DNA of 63,364 bases, counting the filler. It is 4 parts of 4 records of this genome, joined end to end, with 100 filler letters (N's around TTAATTAATTAA, not from the genome) between each part and the next. Parts side by side here need not be neighbours in the genome. Positions count along the whole stretch, not along the records: positions 1 to 13,266 come from SRR20825019_1407; 3 more parts are not named here. The stretch is one strand, 5' to 3'. Position numbers and translations under genes: made by a program. The notes under the pieces were generated by a model. The model was given only the letters and a program-made list of their open reading frames with translations. It made no database searches and had not been told where the DNA came from. This document shows, piece by piece, positions 1 through 9,321 of the stretch (position 1 is the stretch's first letter; each line of letters begins with the position of its first letter).

Positions 1-200
1 AAATTAGCCTTTTGAAAAATAACATCTAAATTCAACTCAAGCTTTTTGATGATTGTAGCAAGCTCATCATAACTTAAATCAATTGTTGAATCTTTATCAC
101 TTAGAATTTTATCAAGATAACTTAATGCATTATAATTATCTTTTAAATTTACTATATTTGTAGAAATATATTCTGAGATTTTTTGGAAATTTAAAGCCAT
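1..200 (-). CDS. 5' part of a third paralogue of the ankyrin-repeat family (runs off the window edge)
   Basis: My translation from ATG at 200: MALNFQKISEYISTNIVNLKDNYNALSYLDKILSDKDSTIDLSYDELATIIKKLELNLDVIFQKAN, open to position 1. It resembles the N-termini of the two neighbours (ILEYISSN...IKNIVKKLDL; LNFDELNNILKYI). Not in the ORF track. Confidence 0.7.
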   Translation of the reverse strand, partial: MALNFQKISEYISTNIVNLKDNYNALSYLDKILSDKDSTIDLSYDELATIIKKLELNLDVIFQKAN

Positions 201-439
201 ATCACATAACCTTCCAAGCTTAATAATTAAATATTCAAGATAAAAGACTCAATAATTTTTGTCAATATTCTTATTAAAGGTTGAATCAGTTAATAACATA
301 TTAGACTGAATAAGAATGACAATTTAGTTCGTTAATATACTTTCGTTGGTGTTCGAAAGTTTGTAGCTTGATGAGGCCAGTAAATAATATATTTTCTAAT
401 GTCTTTTTTAGTTCAAAACTCATTTATCAAATAGAATCA

Positions 440-700
440 GCAGAATGTTCAACTTATTTAATATCTTTCCTACAGAACTCTTACATAAATGTACTTTATA
501 AATCCTTTTATTACCGATATCCTAGCTTTTCCATATGTAGGATTCTTTCCACTTATTCTCTTTATCTATTCTCTAGTTTCATTAGGTATATTACTATTTT
601 TATAATTTTAAGGACTTTATGATCAAATAATTATTCCCTTAATAACTATCTTCTTCTCAAGGTACCTATATCTTTAGCTATACTCCTTATTTCAAATACT
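440..700 (-). pseudogene. Decayed IS481-family-like transposase remnant (HTH region)
   Basis: The minus strand reads IPNETRE*IKRISGKNPTYGKARISVI, then after a frameshift KRIYKVHLCKSSVGKILNKL. This matches the NPTYGK.KI.VIL.RD...S.VGRIL..L segment I recall from rickettsial IS481-type transposases. It has an in-frame stop and a frameshift; boundaries are approximate. Confidence 0.55.
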
Positions 701-996
701 ATTCTCTTTATTTTAAATAAAGCATATTTTCTTATACATAAGGGTTTAGAGTTCTTCAATTTCTCACTTAGAACTCAAAATTCAGTATGAACTTTCATTT
801 CGTAATATATATAATTTAATATCGCTTTTGTGCTCAAACATATTCCTTTTAATTTTAAATCTAAAATTTTAATTAACTCGCTAGATCATGCTTTTAATTA
901 TGCAGTTTTAGTCCAACATTGTTTACACTTATACAAATTTTTTGAAATTTTATAGTAATTATTCATTAGAATTAAATCAATTAAAATATCTATGTT

Positions 997-2820
997 TCAA
1001 ATATTATCTCCAATTATATCTTCTAAATACTTCTCATAACGTACAGTAAATCCTTTAAATCCACCACTATAATTTTCTGTATCATACGTATAAGCTTTAA
1101 TAGCTGCATAAAGTTTGTTTTCTTGATTTGTATTAACTCCTGCTACTTTTTGTAAAATTTTAAATATCAAATCAATGGGTAAATCGACCATACTAGGTTT
1201 ATCTTCTTCTTCAGGTTTAGCAATTTTGGATGCAGACAATAAATTTTTGGAGCATATAGATATATTTCTTAGTGATAAAATATCTATTTTTTTGTAATAT
1301 CCAATGGTTTTTGCCAATTTTTTGTAGATTTTAGGGTTATAGCCATTCCAATATAATTTAGGCCATTTATAAAATGGATCTAACATACAGATATATTTTG
1401 TTTCTATCTTACTTCTTGCTCCAGAATGTAAAAAAAGCACATCATTTGCTCCATGAATCATTTGATACATAGTATTTGTTTCAGAAAATAACTTTAGAAA
1501 ATATTTTTTATTCTCAAAGTTAGTTAAACTATGTTTGAAAGGTATATTTATTATATCAACACTTCTTTTTAGCATTTTTGTTCTAACTTCTAAATTCGGC
1601 GTTAAGTCAACTAAATACTTTATGTTATCAATATTATTAGAACCTACGGCAGACCTAAATGATTGATCATGTTGTGCATGAATCATTTTATGTTTAGTTT
1701 TATCATCGATAGTATTTTCAAGCAAAAAATTTCTAATAGAAATAGATCGAGTTGAGCAAAATGGGTCGTCGTTACATGCATGAATCATTTTATTTCTAGC
1801 ATCAATGTCAGGTGTAACGCTGAATAAAAATTTCAACATATCCAAATTATTGTTATATGAAGATTTACAAAATATTCTATCATCATCTTTATGTATTAAT
1901 TCATTTCTTAATTCATCAGAATTACATAAATCTAAAATATACTTTAAAATCCTTATATGACCCTTATCTGCTGTTGGATAAAAAGTTGAATGATATGAAA
2001 CCTTTAATAATTCTATTATATCGTATGAGTCTTGAATTAGTAAAGTGTAACTTTTTAGAAATTCTAGCTTATCACTTGTAGAAGCTGCAGAAAATGTTTG
2101 TTTAGCCGTTATATTTATTAAGTTTTTCTTTTCACATAAGTTAGGGGACAAATCTAGAATAAAATTCAACGTATTTAAATCACCATTATAACCAGCTGCT
2201 ATTATAAATTTCATAGCAGAATCTAATATATGATGTTTAATTATGTTGGGGTTAGATGAACTTTCTATCAAAAATTCTAAAATCAAATAATTTCCATGAT
2301 AATGAAGGTATTCTGATCCATTTGTGAATAAATTACTTATAATATTATCTTTTATGGAAGTATTATTGATTAAGTCAAAAATATATTTGATTATATTTGG
2401 ATGCATACAAATATATACAACATTATAAAACTTACTATCTGTTTGACATATAATATTCTGTATTATTTCATCTTCTACTATACCAACTAAGTATTTTAAA
2501 TTCTCTAAAGAACCTGATTGAGCAGCTTTACAAAATATTTTCGAGATTGTATCATTAGATACTATATGGGTATTATTACTTATGTAGCCAGATAAATTAA
2601 ATAAATATCCTAAAAAACTTGAATCTTTTTCAGCTCCTGATCTAATAATACAATCACTAAAATCAATTTTAATGTATTTTAGTATATTATTTAATTCATC
2701 AAAGTTTAATTCTAGCAATGATTCCTTATAGAATAAATCTTTTATATATTTATATTTATTCCAATCATCCTTTAATAATTGTTTATTACGATCTATCTCA
2801 ATCTTGACTGAATTTAGCAT
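997..2820 (-). CDS. Ankyrin-repeat protein (607 aa) with F-box-like C-terminal module; candidate host-directed effector
   Basis: Repeated A..G.L..LKYL...MIHA..D..F units; C-terminal DLPIDLIFKILQKV. Confidence 0.8.
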   Translation of the reverse strand: MLNSVKIEIDRNKQLLKDDWNKYKYIKDLFYKESLLELNFDELNNILKYIKIDFSDCIIRSGAEKDSSFLGYLFNLSGYISNNTHIVSNDTISKIFCKAAQSGSLENLKYLVGIVEDEIIQNIICQTDSKFYNVVYICMHPNIIKYIFDLINNTSIKDNIISNLFTNGSEYLHYHGNYLILEFLIESSSNPNIIKHHILDSAMKFIIAAGYNGDLNTLNFILDLSPNLCEKKNLINITAKQTFSAASTSDKLEFLKSYTLLIQDSYDIIELLKVSYHSTFYPTADKGHIRILKYILDLCNSDELRNELIHKDDDRIFCKSSYNNNLDMLKFLFSVTPDIDARNKMIHACNDDPFCSTRSISIRNFLLENTIDDKTKHKMIHAQHDQSFRSAVGSNNIDNIKYLVDLTPNLEVRTKMLKRSVDIINIPFKHSLTNFENKKYFLKLFSETNTMYQMIHGANDVLFLHSGARSKIETKYICMLDPFYKWPKLYWNGYNPKIYKKLAKTIGYYKKIDILSLRNISICSKNLLSASKIAKPEEEDKPSMVDLPIDLIFKILQKVAGVNTNQENKLYAAIKAYTYDTENYSGGFKGFTVRYEKYLEDIIGDNI

Positions 2821-2899
2821 ATTTTTTTTTGATTAAGTGTATCAATTAGATAAAACAATCTATAATATGAATAAATTAAAGGCAAGTTAAATAAGATTT

Positions 2900-3345
2900 G
2901 TAGATATGAATTTTTTTAGAAGTTGTATGTGATTTTTAGAAAATATACATGGTGAATACTTAAGAATATGGATTAAAGGAACTAGATAAATTAAGTAAGA
3001 ATTGGGATAAAAAATCTCCTGTGAATCACATATTTGTAAGAGTAAATATACTGATTTAGAGCAGTTTTTATGGTTTGCCTGATTAGATTCTAGGGGTTTA
3101 GAATACCTAAATATAATATAATCTGTAAATAGGCTAATAAGGAAAATTATAAATGGTAAAGGAGTATTTTCTTTAGATAAAACTATTTCATAGATATATA
3201 TTTATTGATCAGGAATTATGAGAAAAGTTGACAATACCCATAAAAGTTGACATATAGCTGTTAACCAGTTAGAAATTTTATTTAAAAAATTTTAATGAAT
3301 TATTGTTTTAAATTTTACGATTTACACAGTATATATTAATGACTC
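2900..3345 (+). pseudogene. Decayed IS256-family transposase 3' end with possible right terminal repeat
   Basis: Plus-strand fragments GLKELDKLSKNWDKK (~2970), SVNRLIRKIINGKGVF (3122) and YLLIRNYEKS*..TIPIKS*HIAVNQLEILF match the IS256 C-terminus (ESVN..LRKIIK.KGVFP...KKWTMPI..W..ALNQF.ILF), with stops and frameshifts. TTTACACAG...GACTC at 3321-3345 resembles IS256 ends. Confidence 0.7.
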
Positions 3346-3722
3346 AATATGTTAAAATAAATAAGCTTAATATAATATATTTCAATCTTGTTTGAATCAA
3401 ACAATATATATTATTTCTTTCTATAATAAATCTTGCTTAATTAGCAAGTTTATCTTTAACCTAGTAATATCCTTGCTCTCTTACTATAGTGTACACAACT
3501 AAATCATACTGGATATTTGTTGTTAAGAAGTTTTCATAGAAATTTTTTAAAATCTTAACTTGTGTATATATAAAATATAAAAATATTTTCATTAATTATA
3601 AAAGTTATAACTTGCAAGACCAGTTTCTAATAGTGTTTTCGTCTGATATTATATTGTGAGTGTTCTTAATGATATAAATAAACTTTATATTGATTATGCG
3701 AACTAATTATTAAAAGACTAAT

Positions 3723-5414
3723 TTATAAATCTTCAACTACTAACTCTCCAGAAAGCTTATAAAGAGCTTGTTCATATCGCTCAACAAACCCTTCAAAACC
3801 ATTTGTATAATTTTCAGAATTAAAAGTAAATGCTTCAATCGCTGATTTTACTAAAAAATCATTATCAGCCATTACGCCAGCAACATGACCAACGATTAAG
3901 TATAGTAAATCTATAGGTAAATCTTCTATATATAAATTACAATCCTCTTTCTTAGATATTGAATTATAATTTTCAGAAAATAAACTTTTTGAACAGGTTG
4001 CTATATTTTTAATAGACATAATATCAATATTTTTATAATTTTTAAGAAGAGTATTATTATCATTATTCCAAACATAAAATGGATCTAATAAATAGAAATA
4101 TTTAAGTGCTATAATATAATTACTATATAACGCTTTCTTAATAAATGCATCATTATCACTATGTAAAAATTCTTTTCTAGTCTTTTGATCATCTATAACT
4201 TCTAAAATTAAATATTCTATAACGTTAAATTTTTGCTTTGTTAAAGCTTCTTTAAGGCTAGTTAGTAATGTAGTTTTTAACAAAAGCTTTTGATCATAAA
4301 ACTCTTTTTTATTAGATATAATTAGTTTTAAAATATCCATATTGCCTTGTGAAATAGCTTCAGAAATAATTCTCTTTGAGCAATTAGAGTATGCTAGTGA
4401 TTGATAGTTATTATAAAGTTTAAATACGAACTCAAATAATATAAAATCTCCTCTTCTAGCAGCAATTAGTAATGATATACCTCCACCGTACTCAATTAAT
4501 AAAGTTTGAAAAAAATAAGGTATGTAATTAAGTATGAGCTCTAATATTTCAATATTTCCATGTTCAATAATATTAAAAAATAACGCCCCGTTATTTTTAT
4601 TTATTAAGTAAAATATTTCATTGTTACTCATTAATTCAATTAAATATTCTAATGCTTTTTGTTTGTTGTTTAGAATTGATACTACAAATGCTCTATTGAA
4701 CTGCGCTTTAATCATTTGAAGTACTTTTTCTTTAGTAGGTTCTAATTCAACTAAATATTTCATAACATCTAAATGACCTTGTTGTGCAGCTTTGATGAAT
4801 GGAAGGTCATATTTTGCATGAATCATTTTATCTAATATTATTGGATCAGGTGTCAGCTCTATCAAGTATTTTATACATTCAATATGTCCATTACTAGCTG
4901 CATTTATAAATGGCAAATCATCATTAGTATGAATCATTTTTTGTAGATTAACTTTATTTGTATTTAATTTGACTAAATACTCCAAGACTTCCAATTTGCC
5001 ATATTTTGAAGCTTTAGAAAAAACAAGATAATCAAAACTAGCAATCATTTCTTGAATTACAAGTTTATTCGGAAGCTTATTAAATATATATTCAATGGCT
5101 TCTAAATTATTTTTTGATAAAAGTAATTCTAAAGCATAATCATCTTGAGCCCTAATCACTTTTTCTAATTCCACCGGATCTTTTTCAAACTCAACTATAT
5201 ACTTCATCATATCTAAATAATTCTCTTCCAAAGAACAAATAAATAAATCTCCTGTTTCAAGATCGAGTTTTTTGACAATATTTTTTATATCTTCTTTATT
5301 TAATTTATTAAGTGTATCATTTTTAAATAAACTATAGAAATATCTATATGCTTTTTCACTTTCTTTAATAACTTCTCGATTAGAAGAAATATATTCTAGT
5401 ATACTATCTATCAT
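3723..5414 (-). CDS. Ankyrin-repeat protein (563 aa) with F-box-like C-terminal module; paralogue of 997..2820
   Basis: Clear repeats (DLPFINAASNGHIECIKYLIEL; DLPFIKAAQQGHLDVMKYLVEL). Shares the C-terminal pattern LDPFY.W, ID..S..NI..CSK.L.S, DLPIDL, AI.A.T...ENY..GF.GF..RYE. Confidence 0.85.
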   Translation of the reverse strand: MIDSILEYISSNREVIKESEKAYRYFYSLFKNDTLNKLNKEDIKNIVKKLDLETGDLFICSLEENYLDMMKYIVEFEKDPVELEKVIRAQDDYALELLLSKNNLEAIEYIFNKLPNKLVIQEMIASFDYLVFSKASKYGKLEVLEYLVKLNTNKVNLQKMIHTNDDLPFINAASNGHIECIKYLIELTPDPIILDKMIHAKYDLPFIKAAQQGHLDVMKYLVELEPTKEKVLQMIKAQFNRAFVVSILNNKQKALEYLIELMSNNEIFYLINKNNGALFFNIIEHGNIEILELILNYIPYFFQTLLIEYGGGISLLIAARRGDFILFEFVFKLYNNYQSLAYSNCSKRIISEAISQGNMDILKLIISNKKEFYDQKLLLKTTLLTSLKEALTKQKFNVIEYLILEVIDDQKTRKEFLHSDNDAFIKKALYSNYIIALKYFYLLDPFYVWNNDNNTLLKNYKNIDIMSIKNIATCSKSLFSENYNSISKKEDCNLYIEDLPIDLLYLIVGHVAGVMADNDFLVKSAIEAFTFNSENYTNGFEGFVERYEQALYKLSGELVVEDL

Positions 5415-5566
5415 AATTAACCATTTAAAAGATTATAATAAGTAATAAACTTTGAGGCATTATAATATAAATTATATTCTGTCAATAAGTATAATAATCA
5501 TATATAAAAACTTAATCAAATATAAATTGATACCTTAGTAAGTTTGAATTGATTAAATATTTTAAT

Positions 5567-6304
5567 TTAAATTATAATTGAGCCATTATTAACATTAAAT
5601 AATTTATTATTATTTTCAAGTATTAGCTCCCCTTTACTATTAATACCTTTATAATTTCCAGTCAAAATTTTACCTTGTGATTTTATGTTAATTATTTCAT
5701 TAATTTTATATGTATGTTTATTCCAATAATTTTTTATATCATTTAAGTTATTAGAATTAATATCATTAAAATAATTCAAAAAATTATTAATTACAGTATA
5801 AACTATTTTATCAAAATTAATATTTTCAAGATTAAATATCTCATTTAATGATATAGAATTAATGTTTGATGCTTTAGGGTTATTATAAATATTTAAACCA
5901 ATTCCTATTATAAAGTGATTATTATCATTAAATGATATATTTTCTATTAAACTACCAGCTAGTTTTTTATCATTATATATCAAATCATTAGGCCATTTTA
6001 GTTTTAAATGATTTAAAATATCAAAATCTGAATATAATTTAGTTAAAGCTTTCCTTAGTGAAATTACAGTTGCATATACTATATATTTGGGATCAATATT
6101 TTTAATATTAGTATTTTTAGTAAATGAAAAATATAAATTTCCTTTAGGTGAATTCCATACCGAGCCTTTTGTTCCGTAACCCTTTGTTTGCAGATGAGAA
6201 ATTATTATGAATTCTTTATTAGGGCTTTTTTTAATTTGTCTTTTCGCTTCAGTATTGGTGCTATCTATTTCATCAAATTTAATTAAATTATAGTTAAGCA
6301 GCAT
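5567..6304 (-). CDS. birA: Biotin--[acetyl-CoA-carboxylase] ligase (no HTH)
   Basis: DSTN, QTKGYG...W.SPKGNLYFS, KWPND, KKLAG motifs; follows nuoN as in other Alphaproteobacteria. Confidence 0.92.
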   Translation of the reverse strand: MLLNYNLIKFDEIDSTNTEAKRQIKKSPNKEFIIISHLQTKGYGTKGSVWNSPKGNLYFSFTKNTNIKNIDPKYIVYATVISLRKALTKLYSDFDILNHLKLKWPNDLIYNDKKLAGSLIENISFNDNNHFIIGIGLNIYNNPKASNINSISLNEIFNLENINFDKIVYTVINNFLNYFNDINSNNLNDIKNYWNKHTYKINEIINIKSQGKILTGNYKGINSKGELILENNNKLFNVNNGSIII

Positions 6305-6311
6305 AAAATTA

Positions 6312-7802
6312 TTAATTAGCAGTTTTTATTATATCAATATAATTATAGTCAAGTAGCATTCCTATTGGATAAAATGGCATAAATATTAAAAATAATACAA
6401 GCAACAAAGCTAAAATTACATTTTTATTTTCTATATGAATTTTATTAATTTTAGAAGGTTTTACAAAATATATCATTTTAATTATTTTGATATAATAATA
6501 AGAAGATATTACTGATGTTATTATAGCAGATGAAAATAAATAATATTTTTTATATTTTAATAATTTTAATAAAATAGAAAATTTTACAAAAAATCCTCCA
6601 AGAGGAGGTATACCTATTAATGAAGATAATATTAGAATAATTGCAAAAGATGTAATTCTGTTTGTTTTAGCAATTCCCTGGATATCATAGATAGTGATAT
6701 TTTCTGAATAATCTCCTAAAATAATTCTAAATAAAGTAAGTAAAGCTATAATAGAAAAAGAATATACTATATGATAAATTACAGCAGCATTAGTAAGCTC
6801 GAGTCCAGATAACAAACATGCAAATATTAGTCCTGAATTTAGGATAGTACTATATGCTATTATTCTTTTTATAGAAGTTTGAAATATTCCTCCAGCTGCA
6901 CCTATAAACATAGATCCAACAGCAATTATTTTAAAGAAAATCATATAAAATTCACTTATATTATTATAAACAAGTTGAATTAAGTTAATAATAACTAGTA
7001 AAATAGTAGTTTTAACAATTGAAGAAAATACCCCTAAAGAAACGGAGGGTGAACCTTGATATACGTCTGGCGTCCATATATGAAGAGGTAGTAGAGAAAA
7101 TTTAAAACAAATACCTCCCCAAATTAAACTACTTCCTGTAATATAAATAATGTTATTTTGATATTGTAAAAATTTAGAAATCACTTCATAATCTAAACTT
7201 GAAGTCATTCCATATATTAAAGAAATTCCAAAAAGCATAATTGCGCTTGATAGACCTCCTAAAATAGCATATTTAATACCTGCTTCAGAAGAGTTAGTCT
7301 TTATTGAAAAAGTTGAGTTATTTTGATCGATCGATTGGGTTGAATGGTATGCTGCTAAAATATAGCTAGGTATAGAAATAAGTTCAAAACTAATATATAG
7401 AAGCATGAAATTTCTACATGAAATAGCTACAAAACAACCAAGAGTAATAAATAATAAAAGTATATAAAATTCTATTTTATATTTTATAGTTTCTTTATAT
7501 TTGTTAATTTTTGTTTTTAACGGAATTTGTAATAATATACCAATAAACATCAGTAAAATAATAAATTTAAAAATATATCCTCTTTTATCTAAAATATATG
7601 TTGAGTTAAAAATTAATATTTCATCATTAAAAATGCTATAGAAACAAATATAAGCAACTAAAGTAATAATAGTTAAACATAAATAGTTAAAGAAGGATAC
7701 TAATCTATTATTAAATGAAGCTATTAATATTCCAATAATTGCAGTAAATAGAATGATAATCTCAGGAAGTAAGTATTTACAAATATTTTCAAGACTAGGC
7801 AT
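6312..7802 (-). CDS. nuoN: NADH-quinone oxidoreductase subunit N
   Basis: Multi-TM protein; EAGIKY, FK...PLHIWTPDVYQGSP, GIPPLGGFFVK; operon position. Confidence 0.93.
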   Translation of the reverse strand: MPSLENICKYLLPEIIILFTAIIGILIASFNNRLVSFFNYLCLTIITLVAYICFYSIFNDEILIFNSTYILDKRGYIFKFIILLMFIGILLQIPLKTKINKYKETIKYKIEFYILLLFITLGCFVAISCRNFMLLYISFELISIPSYILAAYHSTQSIDQNNSTFSIKTNSSEAGIKYAILGGLSSAIMLFGISLIYGMTSSLDYEVISKFLQYQNNIIYITGSSLIWGGICFKFSLLPLHIWTPDVYQGSPSVSLGVFSSIVKTTILLVIINLIQLVYNNISEFYMIFFKIIAVGSMFIGAAGGIFQTSIKRIIAYSTILNSGLIFACLLSGLELTNAAVIYHIVYSFSIIALLTLFRIILGDYSENITIYDIQGIAKTNRITSFAIILILSSLIGIPPLGGFFVKFSILLKLLKYKKYYLFSSAIITSVISSYYYIKIIKMIYFVKPSKINKIHIENKNVILALLLVLFLIFMPFYPIGMLLDYNYIDIIKTAN

Positions 7803-9309
7803 TATATGATAAGATATGATTAAAAATATGAATAGTATTTGCGTTTATATATTGAAAAATATAATTTGGACGTAAACCCATATAAATTATTATAAAAACA
7901 ATTATAAAAAGAGTAATTATCTGATTATTATTTAAATCAGAAATATTATTATAATTTTCATTTATCTCACCAAGCATAGATTTTTTATAAAGCCTTAGCA
8001 TATATACAGCTCCTAAAAATATACTTGTTCCACATATAAAAGCAAAACTTAATCCTTTATGAAATACACCTTGTAGAGAAAGTATTTCTCCTATAAATCC
8101 TGAAGTACCTGGAAGTCCTATTGAAGCTAGTAAAATAATTAGCATAAAAGTTGAGAGTTTAGGCATCATAACTGCAAGTCCTCCCATTTTAGAAAGTTCT
8201 TTAGTATGAATATTTGAATATATTACTCCTATGCACATAAATAAACCAGGAGATATTATTCCATGACTTAACATTTGAAATTGAGCTCCATTAAATCCTA
8301 TGTGAGTAAAACTAAATAAACCAGCTACCCCAATACCCATATGAGCAATTGATGAAAAAGCAATTACTCTTTTTATATCAGTTTGTTTAACTGCAGCTAC
8401 AGAAGAATATATTATTCCAATTGCACATAATAAAATTATAATATTAGAATAACTTTCAAGTAAATAAGGATATAATGGTATTAAAAATTTAACGAAACCA
8501 TATCCCCCAATTTTAAGAAGTATACCTGAAAGGATAGCAGACACACCAGTGGATGCTTGAACATGAGCATCAGGAAGCCAAGTATGAAGTGGCCAAATTG
8601 GTGTTTTAATTGCAAGAGCAATAAAAATAAATAAACAACTAATTCTTGTTGATAAAGAATAACTTAATGGAATTTTATTAAGAAGTAAGTTTAAATTAAA
8701 AGTTTGATATTCATTAAAAATTAAAAGTAAAGATGTTAAAAATAAAATAGAGCCAAAAAAAGTAAATAAAAAGAATTTAATTGCAGATCGTATTTTTTGA
8801 TTACTTCCCCAAATACCAATTAATAAGTAAACTGGGATAATAGTTGCTTCAAAAAATAAATAAAAAATTAGTATGTTTTGAGAAGCAAATGTTGAAATAC
8901 TAAGTGACTCTAATATTAACAAACAGACAAGATATTCATTAACATTTTTTAATATATCTTTACTTGTAAATAAAATTACTAGAAAAGATAATATACTTGT
9001 AAGCAAAATAAGTAATGAAGAAAAACCATCTACACCTAATTCAATATTCAAATAGGGTAAAGTAATCCAGTTATAGCTTTCTAATAGCTGAATATTTTGT
9101 CCATCAGCTTTATATAAAAAAATAATAACAAAACTTGATATTAAAGTTAAAAATGAACCAAGTAATGCAACAGGTTTTGAATTTGAATCTTTGTATAAAC
9201 TATTTTTAGTTATAGCAAATAATATAATAAATATTGCTGTAAAAATAGGTATTAAAATAGTTATAGATATAATTGGTAATTTTTCAATTGAGGCTATACT
9301 ATGATTCAT
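7795..9309 (-). CDS. nuoM: NADH-quinone oxidoreductase subunit M
   Basis: KTPIWPLHTWLPDAHVQA, LLKIGGYG, QMLSHG, GLPGTSGFIGE. Confidence 0.95.
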   Translation of the reverse strand: MNHSIASIEKLPIISITILIPIFTAIFIILFAITKNSLYKDSNSKPVALLGSFLTLISSFVIIFLYKADGQNIQLLESYNWITLPYLNIELGVDGFSSLLILLTSILSFLVILFTSKDILKNVNEYLVCLLILESLSISTFASQNILIFYLFFEATIIPVYLLIGIWGSNQKIRSAIKFFLFTFFGSILFLTSLLLIFNEYQTFNLNLLLNKIPLSYSLSTRISCLFIFIALAIKTPIWPLHTWLPDAHVQASTGVSAILSGILLKIGGYGFVKFLIPLYPYLLESYSNIIILLCAIGIIYSSVAAVKQTDIKRVIAFSSIAHMGIGVAGLFSFTHIGFNGAQFQMLSHGIISPGLFMCIGVIYSNIHTKELSKMGGLAVMMPKLSTFMLIILLASIGLPGTSGFIGEILSLQGVFHKGLSFAFICGTSIFLGAVYMLRLYKKSMLGEINENYNNISDLNNNQIITLFIIVFIIIYMGLRPNYIFQYINANTIHIFNHILSYNA

Positions 9310-9321
9310 AATAATTTTATT

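Noticed and set aside
368-622. 84-aa plus-strand ORF
   Set aside because: No recognisable features; it is the antisense of the decayed transposase fragment.
1440-1800. Recurring (TG)CATGAATCATTT DNA motif, suggestive of a CRISPR-like or tandem repeat
   Set aside because: It is the coding sequence of the MIH(A) motif of the ankyrin repeats. I saw no CRISPR array, cas gene, tRNA or rRNA anywhere in the window.
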